Shown piece after piece: positions 15,892-24,927 of a stretch of 27,354 nucleotides of DNA. Within the stretch, counting starts at the first letter, position 1. Every line of letters begins with the position of its first letter. The notes beneath the pieces were generated by a model. That model was given only the letters and a program-made list of their open reading frames with translations. It was not told where the DNA came from and did not search any database. This DNA is from Thermoplasmatales archaeon SW_10_69_26 (GTDB lineage Archaea; Thermoplasmatota; SW-10-69-26): the NCBI GenBank assembly GCA_003009755.1, contig PXUB01000035.1, forward strand, positions 1 through 27,354, in the 5' to 3' direction. A program made the position numbers and the translations under genes.

Positions 15892-17697
15892 GTGCGCGCT
15901 CTCGCCCTCGGGCTCGCCGTCACGATGCTGACGATGGGCATGGCCGGGTGCGTGGGCTCCAGCGAGAACCTCGCGGAGGCCAGCGAGCCCACGGCCGACG
16001 ACGACGAGGACCTGAACACGACGCGCGGCTGGAGCTCGCCCAGCACGCCCCAGACGTACGACGTGCTCGAACCGGTGCACACCTACGTCGAGAGCGTCGA
16101 CGGCGTCGAGGTCTCGATCGCGTACTGGCTGCCGGACAAGGACGGCTGCGACTGGAACGCGACCGAGCTGCCCGAGGACTGCCGGCTGCCGACCGTGCTC
16201 GAGGGCGGCCCCTACTTCCTGGACGGGATCGACGAGGAGGGCTTCCGCCCGCCGAAGGTCCAGTGGTTCGCCACGCGCGGGTACGCTGTCGTCGACATGA
16301 GCCTGCGCGGCACCGGCGAGTCCGGCGGCTGCTACGAGTTCAAGAACCCCAAGGACGTCGACGACGTCGACCATGTCGTCGACTGGATCGCCGAGCAGGC
16401 CTGGAGCGACGGCGACGTCGGCATGATCGGCCGCAGCTACGACGGCACGGCCGCCTGGGCCGGCGCCGCCAGCGGCAACGAGAACCTGGAGACGATCGTC
16501 CCCATCAGCGGCGCGCTCGACGGCCCCGACCTCTACTACAAGAACGGGACCAGCGAGACGCGCGGCTTCGCCCAGCCGGCGTTCTACTACCTGTACGCGT
16601 TCGGGCTCGTCAGCGACGATCCGACCTACCGCGTGCCCGATTACATCAACACCCTGTGCCCGCAGGCCGCCGCCGAGGACTGGACCCGCGGACCGAAGGC
16701 CGGCATCACCGGGGACGCCTCCAGCGACTACTGGCAGTCGCGGGACATCAGCGACGAGATCCTCGACAAGTACGACGGCTCGGCTTGGGTCATCCACGGG
16801 ATGCAGGACTACAACGTGAACCCGAGCCAGGTCGTCCCCTTCACGCACGAGATGCGCCACGAAGGCATCGAGACGCTGGCCTGGCTCGGCCAGTGGGACC
16901 ACGCCTACCCCGACCGCGTCGACGAGCACCGCAACATCCGCTGGGACTGGGCCGATCGCCTGCTCGAGTGGTTCGACCACTACCTCAAGGAGGAGGGCGA
17001 GGAACCGTTCCTCGGCGTCGAGGTCGAGGACTCGTTGTACGTCTGGCGCACCGAGGAGGCCTATCCGCCCCACGACGCCGAGTGGCGGGGCTTCGAGCTC
17101 GGCGCCGACGGCGAGCTGACCGAGCCCGGCGAGGCCAGCTCGGGCCAGTTCGCGCTCGCCGGTCCGCCGGCGGGCGCGGCGGCGGACTGGAACGCGGGCG
17201 AGGCCGGCTCGCAGATCACGTTCACGTCCGATGCGCTCGCCGACGACATCCGCATCGCCGGTCTGCCGCGGCTGCACGTCGACGTGACGCCCACCACAAC
17301 CGAGGGCGGCTGGCTGTTCGCCGAGCTGTACGACGTCTACCCCGACGGCCAGTCGCTTTTCTTGGGCTGGGCCGCGATGGACCTGCGCTACCACGACGGG
17401 GGCAACACGGACCCGGCCACGCTCACCCCCGGCGAACCGGTCACCGCGAAGATGCAGTTCGAGCCGATGGACGCCCACGTCGCCGAGGGCCACCAGCTGC
17501 GGCTCGTCGTGCACAAGAACGGCGTCGCCGACATCCCCCAGAGCCCGAGCCCCGAGCCCAACGTGCTCAACTTCGGTGACGAGGCCAGCGTGCTCGAGCT
17601 GCCGACCGTGGAGCGCGACCTCGCGCTGCAGGGCGACGGCGAGCCCCGGCAACGCGACCCGGCACCGACGGCGCCGCCCGCCGACGTGACCCGGTGA
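15892..17697 (+). CDS. CocE/NonD-family (S15) serine hydrolase lipoprotein, copy 2
   Basis: Lipobox MAGC; RGTGESGG, GMIGRSYDG, HGMQDYNV, GQWDH; starts 1 nt after the copy 1 stop. Confidence 0.9.
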   Translation: MRALALGLAVTMLTMGMAGCVGSSENLAEASEPTADDDEDLNTTRGWSSPSTPQTYDVLEPVHTYVESVDGVEVSIAYWLPDKDGCDWNATELPEDCRLPTVLEGGPYFLDGIDEEGFRPPKVQWFATRGYAVVDMSLRGTGESGGCYEFKNPKDVDDVDHVVDWIAEQAWSDGDVGMIGRSYDGTAAWAGAASGNENLETIVPISGALDGPDLYYKNGTSETRGFAQPAFYYLYAFGLVSDDPTYRVPDYINTLCPQAAAEDWTRGPKAGITGDASSDYWQSRDISDEILDKYDGSAWVIHGMQDYNVNPSQVVPFTHEMRHEGIETLAWLGQWDHAYPDRVDEHRNIRWDWADRLLEWFDHYLKEEGEEPFLGVEVEDSLYVWRTEEAYPPHDAEWRGFELGADGELTEPGEASSGQFALAGPPAGAAADWNAGEAGSQITFTSDALADDIRIAGLPRLHVDVTPTTTEGGWLFAELYDVYPDGQSLFLGWAAMDLRYHDGGNTDPATLTPGEPVTAKMQFEPMDAHVAEGHQLRLVVHKNGVADIPQSPSPEPNVLNFGDEASVLELPTVERDLALQGDGEPRQRDPAPTAPPADVTR

Positions 17698-17813
17698 GGC
17701 CATCGCTCGCCCGGCCACCGATGACGAGCGTCGGTGAGGTGACCGGGCGGGCTCTTGCCACCGACCTCCAGCGTTCGAGAACGTTTTTCCGATGGTCAGA
17801 TGATGATCTGTTG

Positions 17814-18818
17814 ATGTCTGTGGGAGGACCTCGTGCTGTCCTGCTGGGAGCCTTGTTGTTGACCGTCGGTCTCGTGCCCACCGCGGCGAACGCGCAAGAG
17901 ATCTGCGCGGACGCCGGGCCCGCCGAGCTGTGCGTGGCCGATCCGCTCGTGCACGATGCCGGCGAGATCACCGTGACAGGCCAGGACGTGTCCGCCGAGG
18001 CCAACGGCGGGATCGCGACCGGTGTCGGAAGCGCCACGTTCGCGGTCGACTACACGATCGACGCGCCCGCCCTCGCCTCCGACGAGCAGCTCGTCGTCGA
18101 CGGCGACCTCGTCATCCGTGACAGCAACGGGTACCTGGTCGCCCGCGAGGACCTCACCGAGTCCCTGACCGCCGGCGAGTCGGTCACCGGCGAGCTCCAG
18201 ACCACCGTCGAGACCGTCGCTCCCCTCGTCGACGGCGGCTCGATCACCGTCGATTCCTCCGCCGACATCGTCCAGGGCTACGAGCGCACCAGAGTCGGCG
18301 CGGCCCAGTCGGCCTCCCCCGTCACCGTCGTCGCCACCCCGCACCAGGACGTCGCCGACCGCACCACCGCCGGCGACACGATCACCGTCGGCTACGCCGA
18401 AGCCGGCCCCACCCAAGCCGACGCCGACGTGATCGACGGCGAGCTGATCGTGGCCACCGACACCGCCGTCCGCCTCGAGATGACCGGCGAGCTATCCTCG
18501 AAGACTTTCAACGGCGTCGACAACCTCCGACAGGACGCTAGCGCCTCCCTCCGTGCGTTCAACGCCGACGGCTTCTACGAGCGGGTCCGGCTGGCGCCGA
18601 TCGAAGAGCGGTGCTATTCGAACTGCTCGACGCAAGACCAGACCGTCCCGGTCGAGCTCTCGATCGTCATCCCCGGCGACGCCGAGAACCCCGACCAGGA
18701 CCTCCGCCTGCAAACGGGGGCCAGCTGGTCGGCGTTTTATTACGACGGCTTCTACCAAGACGAAGCGTTCTCCGACAGCGCCGAGGGCCTCAACGACCTC
18801 CTCGCCGCGGGCACCTAG
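17814..18818 (+). CDS. Secreted acidic beta-rich hypothetical protein
   Basis: Signal peptide ending ANA|Q; strong host-like codon usage; Cys pairs near the N- and C-termini; no family recognised. Confidence 0.75.
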   Translation: MSVGGPRAVLLGALLLTVGLVPTAANAQEICADAGPAELCVADPLVHDAGEITVTGQDVSAEANGGIATGVGSATFAVDYTIDAPALASDEQLVVDGDLVIRDSNGYLVAREDLTESLTAGESVTGELQTTVETVAPLVDGGSITVDSSADIVQGYERTRVGAAQSASPVTVVATPHQDVADRTTAGDTITVGYAEAGPTQADADVIDGELIVATDTAVRLEMTGELSSKTFNGVDNLRQDASASLRAFNADGFYERVRLAPIEERCYSNCSTQDQTVPVELSIVIPGDAENPDQDLRLQTGASWSAFYYDGFYQDEAFSDSAEGLNDLLAAGT

Positions 18819-19388
18819 ACTGCCGGCTGTGCTTGGGTTAAGCTCTCGCTCGGCCTCAGGCGGTGAAAGCGCGGAGCCGAGGCGAAGGAGTAGCCGGAGG
18901 CTACTTCGATGTCGAAGGCGACAACGCTTGGAAAAAGTCACAACCTGCAAGGATTGCATCATCGCCGCCTGAGGACGGCCTCACGTGGAGGCGCAGCACG
19001 GATCGAAGATCTTCCCGAGCCCGGGAGGGCTCGGGTGCTCGCGCGGATCCGCGCGATCCGTACGCGTCGCGGGATCGGGCAGGGACGGGCCGATCCCGTG
19101 AGCGTCCGACCGCGAGTCGCGGTCGGGCGGACCACAGACGGCCGGCGGCCGTCTCTGGCGCCGGCGTGAGGCGCCCAATCTCTTTGTCGCGCCCGGAGAT
19201 CTCGCCCGAGGGCGATCTCCGGCGCGTCCGAACCCCCTGTGGTTCGGACAGCGTCCGTCGCAAACCATCCAGGTTTGCTTCCTTTTGCCTCGCTCCCTCG
19301 CACGAGCCCTCCGGGCTCGTCCTCTCGGCAGACCGTGCCCGGTCTGCCGAGACCGGCGCGAGAGCCTAAGCAAAACACGTCCGGCAGT
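18819..19388. mobile_element. ~570-bp TIR-bounded element without a transposase (MITE-like)
   Basis: Left end ACTGCCGGCTGTGCTTGGGTTAAGCTCTCGC matches the reverse complement of the right end at 25/31; flanked by CTAG (18815-18818) and TTAG (19389-19392); a further copy of the end sits at 27260. Confidence 0.75.
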
Positions 19389-19418
19389 TTAGTGGGGTCC
19401 TCGAAGGAGCCCGTCTTT

Positions 19419-19453
19419 CTCTGCGCCTCCGTGGCTCCGTGTCTCTGTGTGGT
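19419..19453. repeat. Solo arm of the CACAGAG/CACGGAG repeat family
   Basis: ctctgcgc ctccgtgg ctccgtgt ctctgtgt ggt: same unit as the arms around the GxxExxY gene. Confidence 0.7.
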
Positions 19454-19522
19454 CCGCGGCCGCCGTGAGCGCACCGCTGGCCGCCGCCAACGTCATACCG
19501 GCCTCCCGCCTTGGCCTCCGCG

Positions 19523-20110
19523 ATGGCGGAGTTCGACGAGGACGCCGTGCTGGACTTCATGTTCGAGATGGGCCAGCTGAAGCGCCTGCCTCGCACCGGC
19601 TGGTTCCGCGCCGGCGTCGAGGACCCCGAGTCCGTCGCCGACCACAACATGCGGGCTGCCCAGCTCGCCTACATCCTGGCCTGCATGGAGGATCATCCCG
19701 AACCCGAGCGGATCTGCACGATGATCGTCTTCCACGAGATCGGGGAGGCCCGCGTGACCGACCTCGACCACGTCGCCAAGCTCTACACGAGGCGCGCCGA
19801 GGACAAGGCCGCCGAGGCCCAGCTCGAGGAGTTCGGCGCACTGGGCGACGAGATCTACGACCTCTGGGACGAGTGCGAGCACGGGACGACCGAGGCCGGC
19901 GTGATCGCCAAGGACGCCGACAAGCTCGAGGCGGCCATCACGGCCCGCGAGTACGTCGAGAACGGCCACGTCGCCGCCGAGGCCTGGATCGAGGACACCC
20001 GCAAGATGCTCACCACCGACAGCGCCAAGCGGCTCATCGAGGCTCTCGAGGACAAGAGCTTCAACGACTGGTGGCAGGACCTAGACTTCTCCGAGATCCA
20101 CTCCCCGTAG
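19523..20110 (+). CDS. HD-domain hydrolase (YfbR/HDDC2-like 5'-deoxynucleotidase family)
   Basis: LKRLPRTGW, ESVADH, FHEIGEARVTD, KDADKLE. Confidence 0.88.
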   Translation: MAEFDEDAVLDFMFEMGQLKRLPRTGWFRAGVEDPESVADHNMRAAQLAYILACMEDHPEPERICTMIVFHEIGEARVTDLDHVAKLYTRRAEDKAAEAQLEEFGALGDEIYDLWDECEHGTTEAGVIAKDADKLEAAITAREYVENGHVAAEAWIEDTRKMLTTDSAKRLIEALEDKSFNDWWQDLDFSEIHSP

Positions 20111-20122
20111 GCGGGGCTGGCC

Positions 20123-20539
20123 TCACTCGCTCGGCTCGAACGCCAACGCGGCCGAGTTGATGCAGTAGCGCAGCCCGGTGGGCTCGGGCCCGTCGTCGAA
20201 CACGTGGCCGAGGTGGGCATCGCAGGCAACGCAGACGACCTCGGTCCGAACCATGCCGGCGCTGGTGTCCTTGCGCTCGCCGACGTGGTCGTCGACGGCG
20301 GGCCGGGTGAAGCTGGGCCAGCCCGACCCGGATGCGAACTTGTCCTCGCTGTCGAACAGCTCGGTCCCGCAACAGATGCAGCGGTAGGTGCCCTCGCGCT
20401 TCTCGTCGTACAGGTTCCCGCTGAAGGCGTGCTCGGTGCCCGCCTCACGCGTCACGCGGTACGCCTCGTCCGACAAAAGCTGGCGGTAGTCGTCGTCGCT
20501 GGCCTTCTGGGGATCCAGGAACTCGCGCTCTTCGGGCAT
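20123..20539 (-). CDS. msrB: Peptide-methionine (R)-S-oxide reductase
   Basis: GTEHAF, CICC and CVAC zinc pairs, SGSGWPSF, HLGHVFDDGP, RYCINS. Confidence 0.96.
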   Translation of the reverse strand: MPEEREFLDPQKASDDDYRQLLSDEAYRVTREAGTEHAFSGNLYDEKREGTYRCICCGTELFDSEDKFASGSGWPSFTRPAVDDHVGERKDTSAGMVRTEVVCVACDAHLGHVFDDGPEPTGLRYCINSAALAFEPSE

Positions 20540-20678
20540 CGCGAGCCCATCTGGGCCCAGGCATGGTGAATGTTGGCTTGCCGGCCCCGTCACCGCGGGT
20601 CTGGGCGGTCCACCAGCTCTGCGACCCCCTGGTACCGACCGAAAGCGTTTCCAGGGACGGGGCAGCCTGTCCTAAGGG

Positions 20679-21119
20679 ATGCCCGACGAACGCTCGGCCG
20701 GCGCCGTCGTCTACCGGCCCGTAGACGACGACCGGCGATACCTCCTCCTGAAGTACCGAAGCGGTCACTGGGGTTTCGTCAAAGGCCACATCGAGGAGGG
20801 TGAATCCATCGAGGACACGGTCCGTCGCGAAGCGATCGAGGAGACGGGTGTCTCCGACTTGACCTTCGACGAGGACTTCCGGGACCACGTCATCTACCAC
20901 TTCCAGCGGAGCGGTAACACCGTCGAGAAGCGCGTGGACTTCCTGCTCGCCCGCACCGAGACCGAGGAACTGGAGCTCGGCAGCCCCCAAGAGCACGTGG
21001 ACATGGCCTGGCTCACCTACGACGAGGCCCAGGACCGGCTGACCTTCGACGACATGCAGGACCTGCTGGCCTCGGCCCGCGAGCACATCGACAAGCGGTC
21101 GACGCTGAACAGCTACTGA
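20679..21119 (+). CDS. NUDIX hydrolase (Ap4A hydrolase-like)
   Basis: SAGAVVYR, HWGFVKGHIEEGESIEDTVRREAIEETG Nudix box. Confidence 0.9.
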   Translation: MPDERSAGAVVYRPVDDDRRYLLLKYRSGHWGFVKGHIEEGESIEDTVRREAIEETGVSDLTFDEDFRDHVIYHFQRSGNTVEKRVDFLLARTETEELELGSPQEHVDMAWLTYDEAQDRLTFDDMQDLLASAREHIDKRSTLNSY

Positions 21120-21718
21120 TCGGGTTCCTCGGCCGCCACGGGGCTGGGCTCGGGGGTCTCCGGGCCACCGTTCGTCCCGCCGGCCGTCTGCTCCAGCTCG
21201 GAGGGTTCCGGCGCCGGCCGGTGCTTCAACCGCTCCTCGCCCAACCACACCGCCATGAGCCGCGTCGATCGGTCGGGGAACGGCAACGGCGAGGCGCGCT
21301 CGACCCAGTCCCCGATCACCGATCCCACCGACGTCGATCGCCCCGGCACGAAGCTGACGGTGTGGAACCCGCGAGACCGAGCCAGCGCCAGCCCTTCCTC
21401 GTTGTCCAGATGGACGCCCAGCATCCCGATCCGGTTGCCGTGAAGGGCGATCTCGGCCAGCCCGGCATCCATCACGCGGCCGCCCAGGCCGCGACCGCGA
21501 GCCTCGGGTTCGACCCACAGGCCCCCGAAGACGCCGGTCCGCGCCGCCATGTCCCGCACCCAGCACGTCCCGACCGGCTCGCCGTCCCGCCGGGCCACGA
21601 TGAACTGCTTGGTCTCCCGATCGGCTAGGGGGCGCGTCAGGTGGGGGTGGTCGGGCACCAGCGACTCGATCAGCTCGTCGTCGCTGGTCCGGTGCACCTC
21701 GATCGTGTCCTCACCCAT
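21113..21718 (-). CDS. GNAT-family N-acetyltransferase
   Basis: LWVEPEARGRGLG acetyl-CoA motif A; LGVHLDN...SRGF motif B. Confidence 0.85.
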   Translation of the reverse strand: MGEDTIEVHRTSDDELIESLVPDHPHLTRPLADRETKQFIVARRDGEPVGTCWVRDMAARTGVFGGLWVEPEARGRGLGGRVMDAGLAEIALHGNRIGMLGVHLDNEEGLALARSRGFHTVSFVPGRSTSVGSVIGDWVERASPLPFPDRSTRLMAVWLGEERLKHRPAPEPSELEQTAGGTNGGPETPEPSPVAAEEPDQ

Positions 21719-21803
21719 CGGCCTGCCCCGCCATCGGGTTCGTCGTTCAAGAGTCCACGGGCAAGCTCAGCCCGCGCTGTAAGGATAAGAAACGGGGGGG
21801 GAC

Positions 21804-21918
21804 CACCAAGTACGCGAAGGGACGCCAGGGCACAAAGGGGAGCAGCTGCCGTGACAACGCCGCCCGGCGGCGAGTCACAGGCCCTTCGTGGCCTTGGCGA
21901 TCCTTCGTGTCCTTCGCG
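21804..21918. repeat. Inverted pair of CACGAAGG-type 9-mer arrays forming a long hairpin (REPIN-like)
   Basis: 21804-21839 vs the reverse complement of 21882-21918 match at 28/37 with one gap; the spacer holds an inner gtgac...gtcac stem. Confidence 0.65.
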
Positions 21919-22650
21919 ATGCGAGCGCCCGCCTCCTTCGGTCAACTCGCCCCGATCGCGATCCCCGGCCTCCTGCTCGTCGGCGCGCTCGGGATGCTCG
22001 TCATGGCGACCCCGATCGGCGGCATGATCTTCGGCGGGCCCTGGATCTTCGTGCTGCTCAGCGTGGTCGCCGGCACGCTGCTGGCCGGCTACCTCGTGAC
22101 CGCGCTCGCCCAGGCGTGGGCCGACCGCCGCGCCGGCTGGGCGCTGCCGCCGGCCGCGCACCTGGCCGTCGGCGACCGCGCAATCAGGCTGCCGGCCCGC
22201 GCCGTCGAACGAGCCGGCTTCGTCACCCAACAGGACGAGGTCCGCGTGCCCGCCCACGCTGCCTACGCGCTCGAGCGCTCGCTCGCCGGCGCCTGGGGCG
22301 TGCCCGAGGACCACTGGTCGCGGACCGCGTTCCTGCAGCGGCTGACCGTCGCGCTCGTCCTCTCCGTCGTCGCCGCGGTTGTCTTCCTCGTCGGCGACGC
22401 CCTCGCCGGCGCCGGCATCTCCCGCGGCATGCGCGAGCACGCCGGCACGGTCGTCATCGCCGGCACGCTCACCGGCTGGCTCGTCGCCACCTCCGTCGAA
22501 CGCAGCCGCCAGGAGGCCGCGGTCGACCTGCTGGCCGACGCCCGCGCGATGGTCATGGACCGCGGCGAGCACCGCGAGGTCCGCCGCGTCCTCGACGACA
22601 TCGGCATCGAGCTCGACAGCGGCGAGGCCGCCGTCGGCGTGCCCCCCTGA
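21919..22650 (+). CDS. Hypothetical membrane protein (about 4 TM segments)
   Basis: Two pairs of hydrophobic helices, host-like codon usage; alternative GTG start at 21907. Confidence 0.7.
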   Translation: MRAPASFGQLAPIAIPGLLLVGALGMLVMATPIGGMIFGGPWIFVLLSVVAGTLLAGYLVTALAQAWADRRAGWALPPAAHLAVGDRAIRLPARAVERAGFVTQQDEVRVPAHAAYALERSLAGAWGVPEDHWSRTAFLQRLTVALVLSVVAAVVFLVGDALAGAGISRGMREHAGTVVIAGTLTGWLVATSVERSRQEAAVDLLADARAMVMDRGEHREVRRVLDDIGIELDSGEAAVGVPP

Positions 22651-22712
22651 GCCGCGTTCCTCCCAGGCGTTGGCCCCGAAGGTTCTTCCCAGGTCCCTAG
22701 CGTGGCCCTCCC

Positions 22713-24155
22713 ATGGGAAGCAGGTGGCTGTGGGTCGCCGTGGCATGCCTGGCGCTGTTCGCCGGCTGCCTGGGCACCAGCGAGGACATCGAGAGCGAGT
22801 CGACCGCGGACGAGCCGGACACCGGCACCGGGGTGCCCGAGGTCGTCGGGCACCGAGCCGACCAGCTGACCGAGCCCGACGTCGAGGAGGTGGCCGCGCG
22901 CCTGATCGACACCGGCTACGACGCCTCCGAGCCCGAGATCGGCGTCACCTCGGATGGCGCGATCGTCTCCAACCCCAGCACGGGCGACGAGAGCCTCGTC
23001 ATCAGCGAGGATCACGGCCGCTCCTGGGAGCAGATCGGCTCGACCGTGCACAACCCCAAGGTCAACCTCGACCCCTGGATGCACGTCGATCCCGACACCG
23101 ACCGCATCTTCAACGGGCCCCTGTACGTCGCCTGCAGCCACCTCGCCTGGACCGACGACAACGGCGACTCCTGGATGTCGAACCCGATCGCCGGCTGCGG
23201 CCTCCCCGCCCACGACCACCAGAAGATCACGACCGGTCCCGGAGCCTTCCGCAACACCGCCGACGCCCCCGCCGAGGCCGCCGACGACGCCGACGGCACC
23301 TGGGTCCACACCAGCCGCGACGGCGGGCAGACGTTCACGACGAGCGCCCGCGTCTTCGAGCCCAGCCCGTGCACCAGCGGCATCAACGGCCCCGTCGAGG
23401 TTGGCCCCGAGGGCACCGCCTACCTCGCCAGCCCGACCTGCACCGGCACCGAGATCGCCGTCAGCCACGACAGCGGGTCCTCCTGGGAGAAAACCTGGGA
23501 GACCGACAACGGCATGTACAGCGGCCTCGCCATCGACAGCGACGTCGCCACCGACGAGGAGGGCAACGTCTACCTGTTCAGCCCCGGCGGCGACGGGCGC
23601 ATGCACGTCTCCGTCAGCCAGAACCGCGGCACCTCGTTCACCGACCCGATCGCCGTCAGCCCGCCCGGCGTCAACATGACCGTTCTCCCGCTCGTCGACG
23701 CCAGCGCCGAAGGCCACGTCGCCTTCGCCTACCTCGGCACCACCGACGACGTCTCCCAGTGGGACCGCCCCGAGCCCAGCTACGCTCGCGAGGAGGCCAA
23801 CTGGCACCTGTACCTGACGACGACCGCGGACGCGCTCACCGAGGAGCCCACGTTCACCACGATCCAGCTCACGCCCGACGAGGACCCCGTGCAGCGCGGC
23901 TGCATCTGGCTCAAGGGCGGCGGCAACGAGTGCCGCAACCTGCTGGACTTCAACGGGATGGTGCTCCACGAGGGCCGGCCCTACATCGCCTACACCGACG
24001 GCTGCGACGCCTGCCCCGAGGGCGAGCAATCCACCAACGACCTGCACCGGATCGCCGTGCTCGAGCAGGGCCCCAGCCTCACCGGCGGCGTGCTCGACCC
24101 GCTCGTGGACCTACAGAACGCAAGCGAGGACGAGAGCGCGACGGTCGTGGGCTAG
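22713..24155 (+). CDS. Asp-box (BNR)/sialidase-like beta-propeller lipoprotein
   Basis: Lipobox FAGC; Asp-boxes SEDHGRSW, TDDNGDSW, SRDGGQTF, SHDSGSSW, SQNRGTSF; RNLLDF. Confidence 0.85.
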   Translation: MGSRWLWVAVACLALFAGCLGTSEDIESESTADEPDTGTGVPEVVGHRADQLTEPDVEEVAARLIDTGYDASEPEIGVTSDGAIVSNPSTGDESLVISEDHGRSWEQIGSTVHNPKVNLDPWMHVDPDTDRIFNGPLYVACSHLAWTDDNGDSWMSNPIAGCGLPAHDHQKITTGPGAFRNTADAPAEAADDADGTWVHTSRDGGQTFTTSARVFEPSPCTSGINGPVEVGPEGTAYLASPTCTGTEIAVSHDSGSSWEKTWETDNGMYSGLAIDSDVATDEEGNVYLFSPGGDGRMHVSVSQNRGTSFTDPIAVSPPGVNMTVLPLVDASAEGHVAFAYLGTTDDVSQWDRPEPSYAREEANWHLYLTTTADALTEEPTFTTIQLTPDEDPVQRGCIWLKGGGNECRNLLDFNGMVLHEGRPYIAYTDGCDACPEGEQSTNDLHRIAVLEQGPSLTGGVLDPLVDLQNASEDESATVVG

Positions 24156-24703
24156 AGCTCCGCGTCCTCGAGCGCCTCGACGGCGCGCTGCACGAGCTGG
24201 GTCGGGATCGCCTCGCGCGTGGCCTCGGTCACCTCGAGCAGGGTCACGTCGTCCCGGTCTTTGACCTCGCCCAGGAACCCGCGCGAGGAGCGCTGGTGCA
24301 CCGTGCCAACCAGCGGCTGGCCGACGTCCAGGCAGGCCCGCACGCCCGCCACGAACAGCTCGCTTTCGACCTCCATCGGCGCGATCTCGTCCACGAGCAC
24401 GACGTCGGCCTCCTCCCGAGCCGCCGTCAACGCCTGCTCGGTGATGCGGTCGACCGCGGCCACGTCGACCCGGTACTTGCCGACCGAGGGTCCCTCCTCG
24501 CGGTCGACGTGGGCCATCACGGCATCCTGCCCGGTCGCCAGGTCCACGATCCGGAAGCCGATCCGGCCCTCGGCGTCCCGCATCTCGGGCGAGACGAGCC
24601 CGCCGACCTCGTAGCCGTGCTCGCGCAACCGTGAGGCCGCCTCGTCCACCGCGGTCGACTTGCCGACGCCGGGCTCGCCCGTGACGAGCAGGTTGTGGGG
24701 CAC
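24152..24703 (-). CDS. THEP1-family nucleoside-triphosphatase
   Basis: VTGEPGVGKST Walker A, RIGF, VGKYRV, LVDEIAPME Walker B. Confidence 0.92.
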   Translation of the reverse strand: MPHNLLVTGEPGVGKSTAVDEAASRLREHGYEVGGLVSPEMRDAEGRIGFRIVDLATGQDAVMAHVDREEGPSVGKYRVDVAAVDRITEQALTAAREEADVVLVDEIAPMEVESELFVAGVRACLDVGQPLVGTVHQRSSRGFLGEVKDRDDVTLLEVTEATREAIPTQLVQRAVEALEDAEL

Positions 24704-24749
24704 GGGCGATCAGAGCACTGTGCCCGTAGAGAAGGTTTGTCCACGGCCG

Positions 24750-24927
24750 ATCGAGATCCAGCTCGTCGGCGCGTCCGGGGCCGAGGGCGTCGGCGATGAG
24801 GGTGAACCCGCTCCAGACCTCCTCGACGTTCTTGTCGGTCCACTCGGCGAGCTCGAGCAGCTTGTCCTCGCTGATCCCCGCGCCCGTGTCCGCGTCCTCG
24901 ACGCGATCGCGCAAGGAGGGTTGACAT
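24750..24927 (-). pseudogene. Short acidic gene remnant of unknown family
   Basis: Coding-like codons for LRDRVEDADTGAGISEDKLLELAEWTDKNVEEVWSGFTLIADALG...; the nearest ATG (24927) is out of frame. Confidence 0.35.

Noticed and set aside
2139-24634. Many long Arg/Gly/Pro-rich or antisense ORFs in the track (e.g. 2163-4226, 7095-8774, 15814-17718, 22379-24634)
   Set aside because: Shadow frames of real genes in GC-rich DNA; no motifs. Only the embedded real segments were kept.
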